Positions 8,634 to 18,708 of a stretch of DNA of 60,212 nt are shown piece by piece. Position 1 is the first letter of the stretch; each line of letters begins with the position of its first letter. The notes beneath the pieces are model-generated. The model made no database searches, was not told the DNA's origin, and was given only the letters and a program-made list of their open reading frames with translations. A program made the translations under genes and the position numbers. Source of the DNA: Nocardioides sp. (GTDB taxonomy: Bacteria > Actinomycetota > Actinomycetes > Propionibacteriales > Nocardioidaceae). Location of the stretch: positions 1 through 60,212 of the forward strand of contig NZ_DASWVI010000147.1 in assembly GCF_036401255.1 (NCBI RefSeq), written 5' to 3'.

Positions 8634-10199
8634 TCACATCCTCCAGACGCCGTAGGAGGGCGCGGGCACCGGCGCGTTCGCCGCGGCCGCGAGGCCCATG
8701 CCGAGCACGCGGCGGGTGTCGGCGGGGTCGATGATCCCGTCGTCCCAGAGCCGCGCGGTGGAGTAGTACGGGGAGCCCTGGGTCTCGTACTGCTCGCGGA
8801 TCGGCGCCTTGAACGCCTCCTCCTCCGCCGGGTCGTCGAAGCCCCGCACGGTCGCGAGCACCGACGCCGCCTGCTCGCCGCCCATCACCGAGATCCGGGC
8901 GTTGGGCCACATCCACAGGAACCGCGGGTCGTAGGCGCGCCCGCACATGCCGTAGTTGCCGGCGCCGAACGAGCCGCCGATGACGACGGTGAACTTCGGG
9001 ACCACCGAGCACGCGACGGCGGTGACGAGCTTGGCGCCGTCCTTGGCGATGCCGCCGTTCTCGTACTCCCGGCCGACCATGAAGCCGGTGATGTTCTGCA
9101 GGAACACCAGCGGGATGCCGCGCTGGTTGCACAGCTCGATGAAGTGCGCGCCCTTGAGGGCCGACTCGCTGAACAGGATGCCGTTGTTGGCGACGATGCC
9201 GACCGGGTGGCCCCAGATGTGCGCGAAGCCGGTCACCAGCGTCTCGCCGTAGAGCTTCTTGAACTCGTGGAACCGGCTGCCGTCGACCACGCGGCGGATC
9301 ACCTCGCGCACGTCGTACGGCGTGCGGGTATCGGCGGGCACGACGTCATAGAGGGTCGAGGGGTCCTCGTGCGGCTCCTCGACCGGCCGCACCTCCCAGC
9401 CAGCCACGGTGGTTGAGGAAGGACGGAGTCCTGTCTCGAAACCACCGTGCCTCGGCAGCGTGTCGACGATCGACCGCACGATCGCCAGCGCGTGGGCGTC
9501 GTCCTCGGCGAGGTGGTCCACGACGCCCGACGTGCGGGCGTGCACGTCGCCGCCGCCGAGCTCCTCGGCGGTCACGACCTCGCCGGTCGCGGCCTTCACC
9601 AGCGGCGGGCCGCCGAGGAAGATCGTGCCCTGGTTGCGCACGATCACGGTCTCGTCGGACATCGCCGGCACGTAGGCGCCGCCCGCGGTGCAGGAGCCCA
9701 TCACCGACGCGATCTGGGGGACGCCGCGCGCGGACAGGTTGGCCTGGTTGAAGAAGATCCGCCCGAAGTGCTCGCGGTCGGGGAACACCTCGTCCTGCAT
9801 CGGGAGGAACGCGCCGCCGGAGTCGACGAGGTAGACGCACGGCAAGTGGTTGTCGCCCGCGATCGTCTGCGCGCGCAGGTGCTTCTTCACGGTCATCGGG
9901 TAGTAGGTGCCGCCCTTGACCGTGGCGTCGTTGGCGACGACCACGACCTCGCGGCCGCTCACCCGGCCGATGCCGGTCACGACACCGGCCGACGGCACGC
10001 CACCGCCGTACATCCCGTCGGCGGCGAGTGGGCTCAGCTCGAGGAACGGGCTGCCGGGGTCGAGCAGCCGGTCGACCCGGTCGCGCACCAGCAGCTTGCC
10101 GCGGTCGGTGTGCTTGGCGCGGGCGCTCTCGCTGCCGCCGAGGCGCGCCGCCGCGAGCCGCTCGCGCAGCTCGTCGACCAGCTCCTTCATGTGGCTCAC
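8634..10199 (-). CDS. acyl-CoA (probably 3-methylcrotonyl-CoA) carboxylase beta subunit, carboxyltransferase
   Basis: [54 protein letters not shown] start 7 nt after TAACCT (alternative ATG 10190). Confidence 0.95.
   Translation of the reverse strand: MSHMKELVDELRERLAAARLGGSESARAKHTDRGKLLVRDRVDRLLDPGSPFLELSPLAADGMYGGGVPSAGVVTGIGRVSGREVVVVANDATVKGGTYYPMTVKKHLRAQTIAGDNHLPCVYLVDSGGAFLPMQDEVFPDREHFGRIFFNQANLSARGVPQIASVMGSCTAGGAYVPAMSDETVIVRNQGTIFLGGPPLVKAATGEVVTAEELGGGDVHARTSGVVDHLAEDDAHALAIVRSIVDTLPRHGGFETGLRPSSTTVAGWEVRPVEEPHEDPSTLYDVVPADTRTPYDVREVIRRVVDGSRFHEFKKLYGETLVTGFAHIWGHPVGIVANNGILFSESALKGAHFIELCNQRGIPLVFLQNITGFMVGREYENGGIAKDGAKLVTAVACSVVPKFTVVIGGSFGAGNYGMCGRAYDPRFLWMWPNARISVMGGEQAASVLATVRGFDDPAEEEAFKAPIREQYETQGSPYYSTARLWDDGIIDPADTRRVLGMGLAAAANAPVPAPSYGVWRM
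9408..9446 (-). repeat. REP-like palindromic element (family C) in frame within the carboxyltransferase CDS
   Basis: 39 nt GGTGGTTTCGAGACAGGACTCCGTCCTTCCTCAACCACC, translated [13 protein letters not shown]. Confidence 0.8.
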
Positions 10200-10207
10200 C
10201 CGGCCAA

Positions 10208-10225
10208 GGTTAGCGATCATTAACC
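10208..10225 (-). promoter_or_regulatory. putative TetR operator overlapping the -10 box of the carboxylase operon
   Basis: Minus strand GGTTAATGATCGCTAACC; the same GGTTAA-N6-CTAACC occurs before the tetR gene at 18135-18152. Confidence 0.7.
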
Positions 10226-10237
10226 AACGGGTCCACT

Positions 10238-10272
10238 GTCCAGATTTCGAGACGGTCTCTCACCATGCGGAC
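10238..10272. promoter_or_regulatory. pair of imperfect 15-bp palindromic sites upstream of metY (IclR/NdgR-like)
   Basis: GTCCAGATTTCGAGA (10238-10252) and TCTCACCATGCGGAC (10258-10272) are inverted relatives. TACGCT -10 box at 10301. Confidence 0.45.
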
Positions 10273-10333
10273 GCTCAAAGTCGACGGGACCACTGCTCTT
10301 TACGCTGCCAGGACCGCCACCCGAGGAGACACC

Positions 10334-11620
10334 ATGAGCTACCGCCCCGAGACCCTGGCCGTGCACGCCGGCCAGGAAGAGGCCGACCCCGCGACCAACG
10401 CGCGGGCGGTGCCGATCTACCAGACCACGTCGTACGTCTTCAACGACACCGAGCACGCCGCGAACCTGTTCGCGCTCGCCGAGCCGGGCAACATCTACAC
10501 CCGCATCATGAACCCGACCCAGTCGGTCTTCGAGGAGCGGATCACGCAGCTCGAGGGCGGCGTCGGCGCGCTCGCCACCGCGAGCGGCTCGGCCGCGACG
10601 ACGTACGCCGTGCTCAACCTGACCTACGCCGGCGACAACATCGTCGCGCTCTCGACCCTCTACGGCGGCACCTACGCGCTGTTCGCCCACACGCTGCCGC
10701 AGTTCGGCATCGAGGTCCGCTTCGTCGACCCCGAGAAGCCCGAGGAGCTGGCCCAGCACGTCGACGAGAAGACCCGGCTGGTCTTCGGCGAGACCGTCGG
10801 CAACCCCAAGATCAACGTCGTCGACATCCCCGCCTGGGCCGAGGCCGCCCACGCGCAGGGCCTGCCGCTGATCATCGACAACACCGCCCCGACGCCCTAC
10901 CTCGTCCGCGCGCTCGACCAGGGCGCCGACGTCGTCGTGCACGCCGCGACCAAGTACATCGGCGGCCACGGCACCTCGATCGGCGGCGTGATCGTCGACT
11001 CCGGCCGCTTCGACTGGGCCGCCCACTCCGAGCGCTTCCCCGGCCTGACCAAGCCCGACCCGGCCTACCACGGCGCGGTGTGGACCGAGGCGGCCGGCCC
11101 GGCGGCGTACATCATCCGGGCCCGCACGGTGCTGCTGCGCAACACCGGCGCGGCCGTCGCCCCGCTGAACTCCTGGCTGTTCCTCCAGGGCCTGGAGACC
11201 CTGCACCTGCGCATGGAGCGGCACAGCTCGAACGCGCTCGCGGTCGCCGAGTTCCTCGCGGGCCACGACGCCGTGTCGTGGGTGAGCTACCCCGGCCTGC
11301 CGGACAGCCCCTACAAGGAGGTCGCGGACCGCACGTTCACCGGCAAGGGGTACGGCGGCCTCGTCAGCTTCGGCGTGAAGTCCGGGCGCGACGGCGGCAA
11401 GCGCTTCATCGAGTCGCTGCAGCTGTTCAGCCACCTCGCCAACATCGGCGACGCGAAGTCGCTGGCGATCCACAACGCCACCACCACGCACAGCCAGCTC
11501 ACCCCCGAGGAGCTCGAGGCGGCCGGCGTGCCCGAGGACATGGTGCGTCTCTCCATCGGCATCGAGAACGTCGAGGACATCGTCGCCGACCTGGAGCAGG
11601 CGCTCGCCGCCAGCAAGTGA
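10334..11620 (+). CDS. metY: O-acetylhomoserine aminocarboxypropyltransferase (sulfhydrylase)
   Basis: PIYQTTSY, IYTRIMNPT, PLP lysine motif HAATKYIGGHG, SHLANIGDAKSL; RBS GAGGAG. Confidence 0.93.
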   Translation: MSYRPETLAVHAGQEEADPATNARAVPIYQTTSYVFNDTEHAANLFALAEPGNIYTRIMNPTQSVFEERITQLEGGVGALATASGSAATTYAVLNLTYAGDNIVALSTLYGGTYALFAHTLPQFGIEVRFVDPEKPEELAQHVDEKTRLVFGETVGNPKINVVDIPAWAEAAHAQGLPLIIDNTAPTPYLVRALDQGADVVVHAATKYIGGHGTSIGGVIVDSGRFDWAAHSERFPGLTKPDPAYHGAVWTEAAGPAAYIIRARTVLLRNTGAAVAPLNSWLFLQGLETLHLRMERHSSNALAVAEFLAGHDAVSWVSYPGLPDSPYKEVADRTFTGKGYGGLVSFGVKSGRDGGKRFIESLQLFSHLANIGDAKSLAIHNATTTHSQLTPEELEAAGVPEDMVRLSIGIENVEDIVADLEQALAASK

Positions 11621-12729
11621 GCGGCACCCTCGGCTACGTCGAGACGCAGCGGGTCGTCCTCGCCGACGAGGACGACCCGCTGCTCCTGCGCGGCGGCGGG
11701 CGCCTCGACCACGTGGAGGTCGCCTACGAGACCTACGGCGAGCTCGCCCCGGCGCGCGACAACGCGGTGTTCGTCTGCCATGCCCTGACCGGCACGGCCA
11801 ACGCCGCCGGGCTGCACCTGGGCACCAAGAAGCGCGGTTGGTGGGACAACATGATCGGCCCGGGCCGGCCGGTCGACACCGACCGGTTCTTCGTGATCTC
11901 GCCCAACATCCTCGGTGGCTGCTCCGGCACGACGGGGCCGCTGTCGACCGATCCGGCGACCGGCCGGATCTACGGCCTGGACTTCCCGCTGCTGCACATG
12001 ACCGACCTCGTCGCCGTGCACCGCCGGCTGCTGCGCCACCTCGGCGTCGAGCGCCTGTACGCCGGCATCGGCGGGTCGCTCGGCGGCATGCAGGTCCTGC
12101 AGTGGGCGATCGACGACCCCGCCGCGATCGAGCGGGCCGTGCTGGTGGCCGCGTCGTCGCGGCTGACCGCAGAGAACATCGCGTTCTCCGCCGTGGCGCG
12201 GGAGGCGATCATGAACGATCCGGACTTCGTCGGCGGCCGGTACGCCGAGCACGGCGTCTTCCCGTGGCGCGGCCAGAAAGTCGCCCGGATGATGGCGCAC
12301 ATCACCTACGTGTCCGCGCAGTCCCTGGAGTCGAAGTTCGGGCGAGCACGCAGCTCGACCGGCGACGCCTGGACGATGGAGTCCGACTACGAGGTCGAGC
12401 ACTACCTGCAGCACCAGGGGCTGACGTTCCTCGACCGCTTCGACGCCCTGTCCTACCTCTACCTGACCCGGCTGCTGGACTACTTCGACCCGTTCGGCGA
12501 CTCGGGCACCGACGACGCGCTGCGGGCGGCGACCACGCGCTTCCAGGTCACCTCTTTCGACAGCGACTGGCGCTTCGCCACCCCGCAGTCACAGCGCCTG
12601 GTCGCGGAGCTCGAGCGCGTCGGCGTACCCGTCGACTTCGCCGAGCTCTCCTCGCCGTACGGCCACGACTCGTTCCTCCTCGAGCCGCCCGGCTACCACG
12701 ACCGGGTCCGCGCCTTCCTCGACACCTGA
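11617..12729 (+). CDS. metX: homoserine O-acetyltransferase
   Basis: CHALTG, GWWDNMIGPG, GGSLGGMQ nucleophile elbow, GHDSFLL; GTGA overlap with metY. Confidence 0.92.
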   Translation: MSGTLGYVETQRVVLADEDDPLLLRGGGRLDHVEVAYETYGELAPARDNAVFVCHALTGTANAAGLHLGTKKRGWWDNMIGPGRPVDTDRFFVISPNILGGCSGTTGPLSTDPATGRIYGLDFPLLHMTDLVAVHRRLLRHLGVERLYAGIGGSLGGMQVLQWAIDDPAAIERAVLVAASSRLTAENIAFSAVAREAIMNDPDFVGGRYAEHGVFPWRGQKVARMMAHITYVSAQSLESKFGRARSSTGDAWTMESDYEVEHYLQHQGLTFLDRFDALSYLYLTRLLDYFDPFGDSGTDDALRAATTRFQVTSFDSDWRFATPQSQRLVAELERVGVPVDFAELSSPYGHDSFLLEPPGYHDRVRAFLDT

Positions 12730-12734
12730 CGCGG

Positions 12735-12769
12735 CGAGCCGGCGCAGCCTGACAGGCTGCGCCGGCTCG
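12735..12769. terminator. hairpin between convergent genes
   Basis: Perfect 16-bp stem cgagccggcgcagcct-gac-aggctgcgccggctcg. Confidence 0.7.
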
Positions 12770-12782
12770 GGGTGGTGAGGGG

Positions 12783-14327
12783 CTACTTCGGCGGGGCCGG
12801 GACCAGGCAGGCCGTCGGGGCGGACTGGTTGCCGCTGAAGTCCGTCGCGTAGACCTCGGCGTCACCGGTGCCGGTGATGTGCAGGATGCCGCCGGGCATC
12901 GGCTTCACCGACGGCTTGGCGCCGTTCTCGGTGTACTTGATCAGCTGGCCGTCGGCGTAGGGGCCGAAGACCGTGCCGCTGCCGGTGTCGCGGACGTAGA
13001 TCTGCGGCGCCGCGTCGACCGCGTCCGAGGAGGTGAGCTCGAAGAACCCGTCCGGGTTGTGCGAGCCGGGCACGTGGCCGCCCGGGTTGGGTCCCTCGGG
13101 GCACTCGGCGGTCGGCGCGGTGGTGTCGACCACCGTGATCGTGCCGGTCCCGGTGCCGGTGTTGCCGGCCGCGTCGGTCGCCGAGCAGGTGACGGTGGTC
13201 GCGCCGAGGCCGAACAGGCTCCCGGAGGCCGGCGAGCACGTGGGCGCCAGCGGGCCGTCGACGTTGTCCACCGCGGAGGCGTCGTACGTCGTGGAGGCGC
13301 CGTCGGGACCGGTGGCCTCGACGGTCTTGCTCTCGACGGTGACGACCGGCGGCGTGACGTCGTTGACGGCGATCTCGACGGTCTGGACGAACTCCGGTCC
13401 CGGGAGCTCGCCGTTGACCAGGAACCGCGTCGTGCAGCTCAGGGTGCTGCCCTGGGGCGCGTCGCCGGCGAGGGTGGCGGTCTCCTCGAACGTCGTGGTC
13501 CCACCCGAGGTGACCGTCCGGCTCGTGTGGTCGAAGGAGAGCGTCAGGCCCGGGTCGCACGTGGTGTCGTGGGTGACGACCGCGGGGAGGTTCTGCAGCT
13601 CGCTGAGGATCGTGCTGGCCACCTCGGACGGGTCGGCGGCGGACAGCGTGCCCCCGGTCTGGCCGGTGACGTACGTCGCCTGGCCGTCGATGTCGAGGTC
13701 GCCGACGTCGATCGCGATCACGCGGATGCCCGCGGCCTGGAGGCCGGCGGTGGCGGATCCCAGCGTGAAGCCGAGCGACGGGTCGTGGCTCGGGGCGTCG
13801 CCGAACATGACCAGCACCCGGGTGCCGTCCGGCCGGAAGTCGATCGTCGAGGGCACCCGGCCGAGCGCGCCGATCCAGGCCTCCGGGGCGTCCCCGCCTC
13901 CCGCGGCGGACCAGGCGTTGATCCCGGTCACGACGTCGGCGGCGTTGCCGGTCAGCTGCTGGTCCACGCGGTAGACGTCGGCCCCGTCGCTCTCGTCCTT
14001 GTACTCGGCCACGGCGAACTGCGCGGTCGGCTGGGCGCTCTGGATCTGGCTGAGGATGGCGCTGGCGTTCGTGCGGACGTTCGCGATGCTCCCGTCCATG
14101 CTCCCGGTGGTGTCGGCCATCAACACGATGTCGGGCCGGGGCGGGATCGGCGGCGTCTCGACCGTCTTGGTGATCGTGACCGACGCCCCAGGGTCGAGGC
14201 TGTCGGCGTAGTGACCGGGGGTGACGCCCGGACCGGCAAGGGCGGCGGCCGAGGTCGCCACGGCGAGGGCGGTGGCGCCCGCCACCGGCAACAGCCGGCG
14301 CGGGATCGCCCGAGATGTGGTGCGCAT
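12783..14327 (-). CDS. secreted vWA + HYR/Ig-like domain protein
   Basis: Signal peptide; MIDAS DTTGSM; GGGDAPEAW; HYR-like DVTPPVV...FGLGATTVTCSATDAAGNT; RBS GGAGG. Confidence 0.8.
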   Translation of the reverse strand: MRTTSRAIPRRLLPVAGATALAVATSAAALAGPGVTPGHYADSLDPGASVTITKTVETPPIPPRPDIVLMADTTGSMDGSIANVRTNASAILSQIQSAQPTAQFAVAEYKDESDGADVYRVDQQLTGNAADVVTGINAWSAAGGGDAPEAWIGALGRVPSTIDFRPDGTRVLVMFGDAPSHDPSLGFTLGSATAGLQAAGIRVIAIDVGDLDIDGQATYVTGQTGGTLSAADPSEVASTILSELQNLPAVVTHDTTCDPGLTLSFDHTSRTVTSGGTTTFEETATLAGDAPQGSTLSCTTRFLVNGELPGPEFVQTVEIAVNDVTPPVVTVESKTVEATGPDGASTTYDASAVDNVDGPLAPTCSPASGSLFGLGATTVTCSATDAAGNTGTGTGTITVVDTTAPTAECPEGPNPGGHVPGSHNPDGFFELTSSDAVDAAPQIYVRDTGSGTVFGPYADGQLIKYTENGAKPSVKPMPGGILHITGTGDAEVYATDFSGNQSAPTACLVPAPPK

Positions 14328-14485
14328 GATGAGTCCTCCGAGGTAAGGCGGCTTGTGCCGCCTCATCGACGCTAGGAACGCACCCCGGCCCCCGGACATG
14401 ACTCTCCCGGGCCACCCCGCGCCCCCCGTGAGGGGGATTACGCAGGCTCACGGCCTGCGGGCGGGGTGACCCGGGAGAAGGGAGC

Positions 14486-14650
14486 TCAGCCCTGTCGGCG
14501 GAACCGGTCGAACAGCCCCGGCCGGGGCTCGTTCTCGTGGCCCTGGCAGCGGTCGGCCTTCGGCACGCCCGCCATGACCTGCGAGACGTGGGCGCCGCAG
14601 CCGGACCAGCTGGCCTTGCCGCACCGGCGACAGGTGATGCGATGACACAT
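14486..14650 (-). CDS. small Cys/His-rich protein (54 aa)
   Basis: MCHRITCRRCGKASWSGCGAHVSQVMAGVPKADRCQGH; RBS GAGGA; directly downstream of the MMPL gene. Confidence 0.75.
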   Translation of the reverse strand: MCHRITCRRCGKASWSGCGAHVSQVMAGVPKADRCQGHENEPRPGLFDRFRRQG

Positions 14651-14706
14651 GGTGATGAGGATCCTCTCTGTTGGGTCTGTCTGTGTCGGTCGGCGAACCG
14701 CCGAGA

Positions 14707-16863
14707 TCAGCTGTGGGAGAAGCGGACGTCGGGCAGCACGCGCGAGAGCCAGTTCGGCACCCACCATGCGGCACGGCCGGTGAGGCGCAGCAGCACGGGC
14801 AGCAGCACCAGCCGGACCAAGAAGGCGTCCAGCAGCACGGCCACGCCGAGGACCACGCCCATCTCCTTGGGCGGGAGCGGTCCGGAGAGCGCGAAGGTGA
14901 AGAACACCGCGACCATCACCGCGCCGGCGGCGAAGATCACCCGGCCCGAGTGCGCGATCGATCCGACCATGGCCTCCCGCGGGTCGCCGGAGTGCTCGTA
15001 GTGCTCCTTCGCCGAGGCCAGCAGGAACACCGTGTAGTCCATCGCGATCGCGAAGATCATCGCGAAGAAGAACACCGGCGCCCAGGCGTCGAGGAAGCCC
15101 TGGTGCTCGAAGCCGAGCAGGTCCGAGCCGTAGCCCTCCTGGAAGATCAGCCGCGCGACACCGAAGGCCGCAGCGGTCGACAGCAGGCTGGCCAGCGTGC
15201 CGAGCAGCGCGATCAGCGGCGCCTGGAGCGCGACCAGCAGGAGCAGGAAGCCGAGCGCCAGGATCACGCCGATCACGAGCGGCGTCGAGTCGTCGAGCTG
15301 CGACTTCAGGTCGAGGTTCTCGACCGCGGCGCCACCGACGACGGCGGACTCGGGCAGGTCGGCGCGCAGCCGGTCGACGGTCTGGCCGAGCTCCGGGTCG
15401 GACGGGTCCACCGTCGGCACGGCCTGGATCAGCACGTGGTCGGTGCCGTCGGGGGCCGCCATGGGCGGCATGGCCGCGGCGATGCCGGGGTCGGAGGTGA
15501 GGGCGTCGTACGTCGCCTCCGCCTCGTCGGAGCTCGCCACGACCTGGAGCGCACCCGGCGCTCCCTCGCCGAAGTTCTGCTGCACGATGTCATAGCCGAC
15601 CCGGGCGCTCGCGTCCTCCGGCAGCACCTTGATCGACGGCATCGCGGTCTTCAGGCCGAAGATCGGCGCGGCCAGCGCGAGCAGGACGACGAGGGCCGCC
15701 AGGCCGAACGCGAACGGCCGCTTCCACAGCCGCTCGCCCCACGCGGCGAACTTCGGCGAGCGGTGCTCACCGGTGTGCACCCACGGCAGCGCGAGCTTGT
15801 TGATGCGCTGGTCGAGCTTGTGCAGCACCAACGGCAACAGGGTGAGCGTCGCTCCCAGCACGAAGATCACCGAGAGCATGATGCCTCCGGCCATCGACCG
15901 GAAGGCCGGCGCCGGGACCAGCATGACGGCGGAGAGCGAGATCAGCACGGTGGCGCCGGACAGCAGCACCGCCTTGCCCGCGGTGTCCATCGTCTCGGCG
16001 ATCGCCTGGCGCGGGCTCTCGTGGTGACCCATGCGGGCCGCCCGGAAGCGCACGACCATGAACAGCGCGTAGTCGATGCCGAGGGCGAGCGCGAACATCA
16101 TCGCGAAGTTCATCGCCCAGATGGAGACGGGCACGACCTGGTTGATCAGCACCAGCGAGCCGGCCGAGGCCACCAGGCCGGCGAGCGTCAGGATCAGCGG
16201 CAGGCCCGCGGCGACGAGCGCGCCGAACGCCAGCACGAGGATGGCCAGGGTCACCGGCCACGAGAACATCTCCGACTTCAGCATCGCGTCGAGGTTGGCC
16301 TCGTTGAAGTCCGACCACAGCAGCGAGGCACCCGTCGGGTTCACCTGCACGCCGTCGGCCGACAGGTCCTCCAGCGGACCCTTGAGGTCGTCGGCCACGC
16401 GCACCATGTCGTTGGGGTCCGCGCCGGCGCCGGCCAGCAGGACGGCCGTCGAGCCGTCCTGGCTGAGCGTCGCACCCTCCTGGGGCTGGACGACCTCGGC
16501 GATCCGGCTGTCCTCCTCGAGCAGGGCGGTGGCGCGCGCCAGGATCTCCTTGCCGGCGCCTTGGGTCACGGGGCCGTCGTTGCTGCGCACGACGACCTGG
16601 ATCGCGGAGCTGGCGTTGCCGCCGAAGTGCTCCTGGGCGAGCTCGCGGACGGCCACGGACTCCGAGCCGTCGGCCTGCCAACCGGCACCGGACAGCTCGG
16701 CCTCGACCTTCGGCGCGAAGGCGCCGAGGCCGACGATGATCAGCAGCCAGACGACGGCGGTCATGCGGGTGTGGTGGGTGACCCACACACCGAGGCGGCC
16801 CAGCGGGCCGGGGCGGTAGCCGATCTCGGGATCGACGTCGGGGGGCGTCGTGATGGTCGACAT
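14707..16863 (-). CDS. MMPL/RND family transporter
   Basis: Two repeats of multi-TM blocks with motifs LGIDYALFMVVRFR and IAMDYTVFLL. Confidence 0.92.
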   Translation of the reverse strand: MSTITTPPDVDPEIGYRPGPLGRLGVWVTHHTRMTAVVWLLIIVGLGAFAPKVEAELSGAGWQADGSESVAVRELAQEHFGGNASSAIQVVVRSNDGPVTQGAGKEILARATALLEEDSRIAEVVQPQEGATLSQDGSTAVLLAGAGADPNDMVRVADDLKGPLEDLSADGVQVNPTGASLLWSDFNEANLDAMLKSEMFSWPVTLAILVLAFGALVAAGLPLILTLAGLVASAGSLVLINQVVPVSIWAMNFAMMFALALGIDYALFMVVRFRAARMGHHESPRQAIAETMDTAGKAVLLSGATVLISLSAVMLVPAPAFRSMAGGIMLSVIFVLGATLTLLPLVLHKLDQRINKLALPWVHTGEHRSPKFAAWGERLWKRPFAFGLAALVVLLALAAPIFGLKTAMPSIKVLPEDASARVGYDIVQQNFGEGAPGALQVVASSDEAEATYDALTSDPGIAAAMPPMAAPDGTDHVLIQAVPTVDPSDPELGQTVDRLRADLPESAVVGGAAVENLDLKSQLDDSTPLVIGVILALGFLLLLVALQAPLIALLGTLASLLSTAAAFGVARLIFQEGYGSDLLGFEHQGFLDAWAPVFFFAMIFAIAMDYTVFLLASAKEHYEHSGDPREAMVGSIAHSGRVIFAAGAVMVAVFFTFALSGPLPPKEMGVVLGVAVLLDAFLVRLVLLPVLLRLTGRAAWWVPNWLSRVLPDVRFSHS

Positions 16864-16907
16864 GGGGAAAGAAACTCTCACTCTCGGGGTTTCGGTGCAT
16901 GGTCGGA

Positions 16908-16957
16908 ATACCCCGGGGGGTATCCGTCGTTCGGAACCATAACACCCCCGGGGGTAT
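16908..16957. promoter_or_regulatory. tandem CsoR/RcnR-family operators in a divergent promoter
   Basis: ATACCCCGGGGGGTAT (16908-16923) and ACACCCCCGGGGGTAT (16942-16957); a CsoR-family gene is in the same module. Confidence 0.8.
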
Positions 16958-16986
16958 CGTATTCCCGGGACGAACAGAGGAGAGAC

Positions 16987-17363
16987 ATGACCACCACCGC
17001 CCTGACTTCCGCCGTGTTCGAGGAGACCGTGACCGGGAACGACATCGTCCTGGTCGACTTCTGGGCCTCCTGGTGCGGACCCTGCCGCCAGTTCGCCCCG
17101 GTCTTCGAGGCCGCGTCGGAGAATCACCCGGATGTGGTATTCGGCAAGGTCGACACCGAGGCCGAGCGCGACCTCGCCGCGGCCGCCCAGATCACCTCGA
17201 TCCCGACGCTGATGGCCTTCCGCGAGGGCGTGCTCGTCTTCGCGCAGCCGGGGGCGCTGCCCGCCACCGCGCTCGAGCAGGTCATCAGCGCGGTCCGCGA
17301 GCTCGACATGGACGACGTCCGCGCGCAGCTGGCCGCCCAGGGCCAGGGACAGGAGGGACAGCA

Positions 17364-17367
<4 letters not shown>
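16987..17367 (+). CDS. trxA: thioredoxin
   Basis: VDFWASWCGPCRQFAP active site. Confidence 0.92.
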
Positions 17368-18036
<669 letters not shown>

Positions 18037-18048
18037 GGCCCCCTCCCC

Positions 18049-18134
18049 GGGAAACTGGCGCCGACTCGACCGCCCTCCCGGGGAAACTGGCGCCGACTCG
18101 ACGGCCCGTTCTGGGAAACTGGCGCCGGCTCGGC
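18049..18134 (+). repeat. three direct repeats of GGGAAACTGGCGCCGACTCGAC, 32-bp period
   Basis: Copies at 18049, 18081 and 18113 (third degenerate), separated by 10-nt linkers. Confidence 0.85.
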
Positions 18135-18152
18135 GGTTAACGGGTACTAACC
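18135..18152 (+). promoter_or_regulatory. putative TetR autoregulatory operator and -10 box
   Basis: GGTTAACGGGTACTAACC; TAACCT lies 6 nt before ATG 18160. Confidence 0.7.
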
Positions 18153-18159
18153 TTCAGGC

Positions 18160-18708
18160 ATGAGCCGCCGCGACCAGATCCTCGCCACGGCGGCCGAGCT
18201 GTTCGCGGCGCGTGGCTTCCACGGCGTGTCCGTGGCCGACCTGGGTGCGGCGTGCGGGATCTCCGGGCCGGCGCTCTACAAGCACTTCCCGTCCAAGCGG
18301 GCCGTGCTCGCCGAGATGCTGGTCGCGATCAGCGAGGAGCTGCTGCAGGTCGGGGCCGAGCGGGCCGAGGCCGCGGCCGGGCCGCGTCGCGCGCTCGCCG
18401 CGCTGGTCGACTGGCACGTCGACTTCGCGCTGCGCCACCGCGCGCTGATCATCGTCCAGGACCGCGACTGGGAGGCGCTGCCGCAGGAGGCGCGCGAGCG
18501 GGTCCGCGCCCTGCAGCGCGAGTACGTCGACCTCTGGGCCGCGCAGCTGCGCCTCGACGACCCGGCCCTCGACCTGCCGACGGCTCGGGCGATGGCGCAC
18601 GCGGCCTTCGGCCTGATCAACTCCACCCCGCGCAGCGGCCGGCTGCCCGACGACGCGATGCGCGGACTCCTCAGCCGGATGGCGCTGGGATCGCTCGGGG
18701 TCAGCTGA
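18160..18708 (+). CDS. TetR-family regulator (probable leucine-catabolism repressor)
   Basis: RRDQILATAAELFAARGFHGVSVADLGAACGISGPALYKHFPSK HTH. Confidence 0.92.
   Translation: MSRRDQILATAAELFAARGFHGVSVADLGAACGISGPALYKHFPSKRAVLAEMLVAISEELLQVGAERAEAAAGPRRALAALVDWHVDFALRHRALIIVQDRDWEALPQEARERVRALQREYVDLWAAQLRLDDPALDLPTARAMAHAAFGLINSTPRSGRLPDDAMRGLLSRMALGSLGVS

Noticed and set aside
10226-10333. SAM riboswitch upstream of metY
   Set aside because: No SAM-I/IV core motifs seen, and the predicted leader is too short.
9907-11616. 940-aa ORF suggesting a long MetX fusion
   Set aside because: The upstream part overlaps metY out of frame; metX starts at GTG 11617.
18049-18134. Possible mini CRISPR array
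   Set aside because: Only three units, 10-nt linkers, and no cas genes or leader in the window.
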